From: Squalus acanthias
Taxonomy: Eukaryota
Assembly (NCBI GenBank): GCA_030390025.1
Contig: CM059432.1
Span: 13,268,001 to 13,332,000 of the forward strand
Length of the DNA stretch: 64,000 nt
Reading direction: 5' to 3'
Shown: piece by piece, positions 61,286 through 64,000 of the stretch
Numbering within the stretch: the first letter of the stretch is position 1
How the letters are laid out: each line of letters starts with the position of its first letter
Program-made: the position numbers and the translations under genes
The notes under the pieces: model-generated
The model's input: only the letters and a program-made list of their open reading frames with translations
The model's database searches: none
What the model was told of the DNA's origin: nothing

Positions 61286-62046
61286 GGGCTGGATTTTGAA
61301 TGACCCATGGAGTCGGGTTTGGAGGCGTGTGGGGGGTTAAATTTGCGGGGTCGGGGTTTCCGACCCCATCCCGACTCCATCCCGCCTCCACGCAATTTTG
61401 ACAAAATCAGTCGCGGGGTTCCCGACTCCGTCCCGCCTCCAAGAGGCGGGAGAGGCCATTAAAGCCCTTAACAAGCTCTAAATTGGCTCTGTAATGCCAT
61501 TTTGAAACGTTGTAGCTAGTTTAATCCTTTTCTGACGTGAAGCACGCCTGGTGTGAAACACTCCAGTGAAACCTGGCGGGAGCACAAGTGGATAGCTGAC
61601 TATCGGCTGCAGGTCCACTATTACAACGGAGATGTGATGAAGGTAGTAGTAGTAGTATTAGGTCTGAAAGTGGCCTCTGATGCTGCTGCATTGAATGTCT
61701 TCAGAGACTGCCTGGGAGGACTTGCTTGCAAAAAAACTTCTCTCTCTCTCTCTCTCCCCCCCGCCCCCCCATTTTTGCATCCAGGTCCACTCACATCAAA
61801 AGCAAGCCAGGCAGGTCCTCTCTCACCAACAGTCTCTGAGACTAGGCAGTCAGCAATGATGACATTATCAGAGGCGACTTTCAGACTGAAAACACTAATT
61901 AGTTCATGGGTTCCCACATGCTCCAACTCAATTGCCCAATTAAGTGAATTAATTAAATCAGGCATCCACATTAATCTGGAGTCGGGGGGAAAACACGAAA
62001 TGCGGATTACACGACCCCAACCCGACCCCAAGACAAAATCCAGCCC
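61286..62046. mobile_element. PIF/Harbinger-type MITE family A, copy 3
   Basis: Perfect 12-bp TIR; TSD GAG. Confidence 0.93.
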
Positions 62047-62574
62047 GAGGTCTCTCCATCATATGATAACGCCCCTTCTTACAGGGACCATCGCTGCTTT
62101 GGGAGGGAATGATTCTGGAACAATATTCATAATTTTCATTCCAGATGAGTCACAACCCTGCTTTTTGCAATGTAAATGATGTATATGAACAGAGAGAGAA
62201 ATCGCCGAACTAACTCATAAAGCCAATGACACCCTTTTAAAAAGCAGTTTTCTCCAATCAAGTCGCACAATAAATGCAATCATTAATGCCTGAAAAGAGT
62301 AGCTTACGATCGCAACATTAGAGGTTTTTCAAGATCTGTAATCAGGTTCTGCAAATAGCCGACGTGGGCTGGAACACACTTCCCCTTTTACAAATAGACC
62401 CGTACTGTGCAACATCCTCTGCCAGTGTTTTACTGTGAAAAAAAGTGCCCTTAAGCACATTTTCCACAGCACAGTCCATACTTCTGGTGCAGAGAGAGGA
62501 TCAGCCATGATCATAGTGAATGGCGGAGCAGGCTCGAAGGGCCGAATGGCCTACTCCTGCTCCTATTTTTCTAC

Positions 62575-63200
62575 GCCACATTGAAGGCGGCGATAGGCAA
62601 GGAGGGTTGGCATTTTTGCTCGTCAGAGTCACTCTTCTCAGAAAGCAGCAGGTAGCAAAGCAAGTGAATGCAGTTTCTGCAGTAAAGAGATCTTCCTCCC
62701 AGATGAGGAAGAAATTCATCACTTTGAAGAAGTTTGCCACGGTAAGTGACCACTGTTCTTATATCTCAACAGAGCTTACCAATGGCATGCCTGCAACACA
62801 CACACTCACACATACACTTTTCCCTCAACGAGATGCATACTCGCATGCAATGCTTCCCATGTCTTTACATGCCCCTTTGCTCTCTCTAACACTGACAGAA
62901 GGCACCCATATTCATGTACGACACACATTTCATCTTCCGTGCAAACCTGTCACTGGTGGAGAGTGGGACCATGACACATTTCCCACCCGCACCCCCCCCC
63001 CCCCCCGCCCCGTACCCATTAGCATTTTTGTCATGAAGCACAGTGGCCAACTGCGTAGCTGTTGCAAAGTTCACGAAAAAACAATTCATCAGTCTCATGA
63101 CTGCAAGAAGAGGAAGTCCAGAATAGCAGGGAAAGGCTGAAAATTGGAGGGGGCACTGCAAATGTCAAGCCCTTGCCACGCTGGAGAGGAGCATGCAGAC
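62575..63200 (+). pseudogene. Decayed Myb/SANT-like DNA-binding ORF of Harbinger type, two exon-like segments
   Basis: QQVAKQVNAVSAVKRSSSQMRKKFITLKKFAT|gtaagt (62742), then EEEVQNSRERLKIGGGTANVKPL at 63107-63175. Confidence 0.65.
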
Positions 63201-63311
63201 AAAGAACCTTCATCTGCAGACCAGTACCCATTCTTCCATCTTTCTCCCTCCTCAAAGAATTAGTCCTTCATTCTGCAATAGGAACTGAGCTGCCATTACT
63301 ACCTCACATGC

Positions 63312-64000
63312 GTTGGCCTGAGCGGGAACACTGACGTTGGTGCGCCTATCCTGCCAATGGATTTGCAGGATCTTGCGGAGGCACCATTGGTGGTACCTCT
63401 CCAGTGCTTTGAGGTGCCTGCTGTACATGGTCCATGTCTCTGAGGCATACAGCAGGGCGGGTATCACTGCTGCTCTGTAGACCATGAGCTTAGTGCCGGG
63501 TTTGAGGTCCTGGTCTTCAAACACTCTCTTCCTCAGGCGACCGAACGCTGCACTGGCACACTGAAGGCGGTGTTGGACTTCGTCATCGACGTCTGCCCTT
63601 GTTGACAGTAGGCTCCCGAGGTATGGAAAGTGGTCCACGTTGTCCAAGGCCTTGTCGTGGATTTTGATAATCAGGGGGCAGTACTGTGTGGCGGGGGCAA
63701 CATCCCCAGCATCGAAGCTTAGACCACGCTCGATCAGCTCCGATGGACGGGTCACATTTTCCACATGCCCGATACGAGACTCCCAAAACAAGCGCACTAC
63801 TCGGAGCTCCGGCATGGCAAGAGAGCCCCAGTGGGGAGAGGAAACACTTCAAGGACACCCTCAAAGCCTCCTTGAAAAAGTGCAACATCCCCACCGACAC
63901 CTGGGAATCCCTGGCCTAAGACCGCACAAAATGGAGGAAAAGCATCCGGGAAGGCGCCGAACACCTCGAGTCTCTTCGCCGGGAGCAAGCGGAAGCCAAA
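63312..64000 (+). mobile_element. RTE/BovB-like LINE with inverted 5' segment, running off the window
   Basis: 63312-63699 is the reverse complement of about 43455-43843; 63698-64000 matches 43840 onward. Confidence 0.92.

Noticed and set aside
61553..62179. 208-aa ORF in MITE family A
   Set aside because: Not open in the sister copies, crosses the element boundary, and has no transposase motifs

Overview
Vertebrate genomic DNA, most likely a cartilaginous fish (inferred from the repeat set: dense CR1 LINEs, Deu-domain SINEs, GC-rich MITEs). The only host gene I can support is RAB31 (Rab22/31 subfamily small GTPase) on the minus strand. Three internal coding exons with GT-AG sites (53665-53744, 53493-53574, 9820-9891) splice to [78 protein letters not shown], separated by a 90-nt intron and a 43.6-kb intron; I did not find the first or later exons. 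The rest is intronic and mostly nested transposons: CR1, a second CR1-group LINE, L2, RTE/BovB-like LINEs, SINEs, Penelope-like ends, one solo LTR, about a dozen PIF/Harbinger-type MITEs with 3-bp TSDs, and decayed Harbinger transposase and Myb/SANT coding relics. Most notable: two RTE copies with 5' inversions of twin-priming geometry, minimal hammerhead ribozyme motifs, a MITE family carrying a conserved mini-intron and TGACAG palindromes, a SINE that shares both ends with a LINE, and an intact-looking solo LTR pointing antisense at RAB31 exons. Repeat family names come from recalled motifs, not database searches; boundaries of old repeats are approximate.
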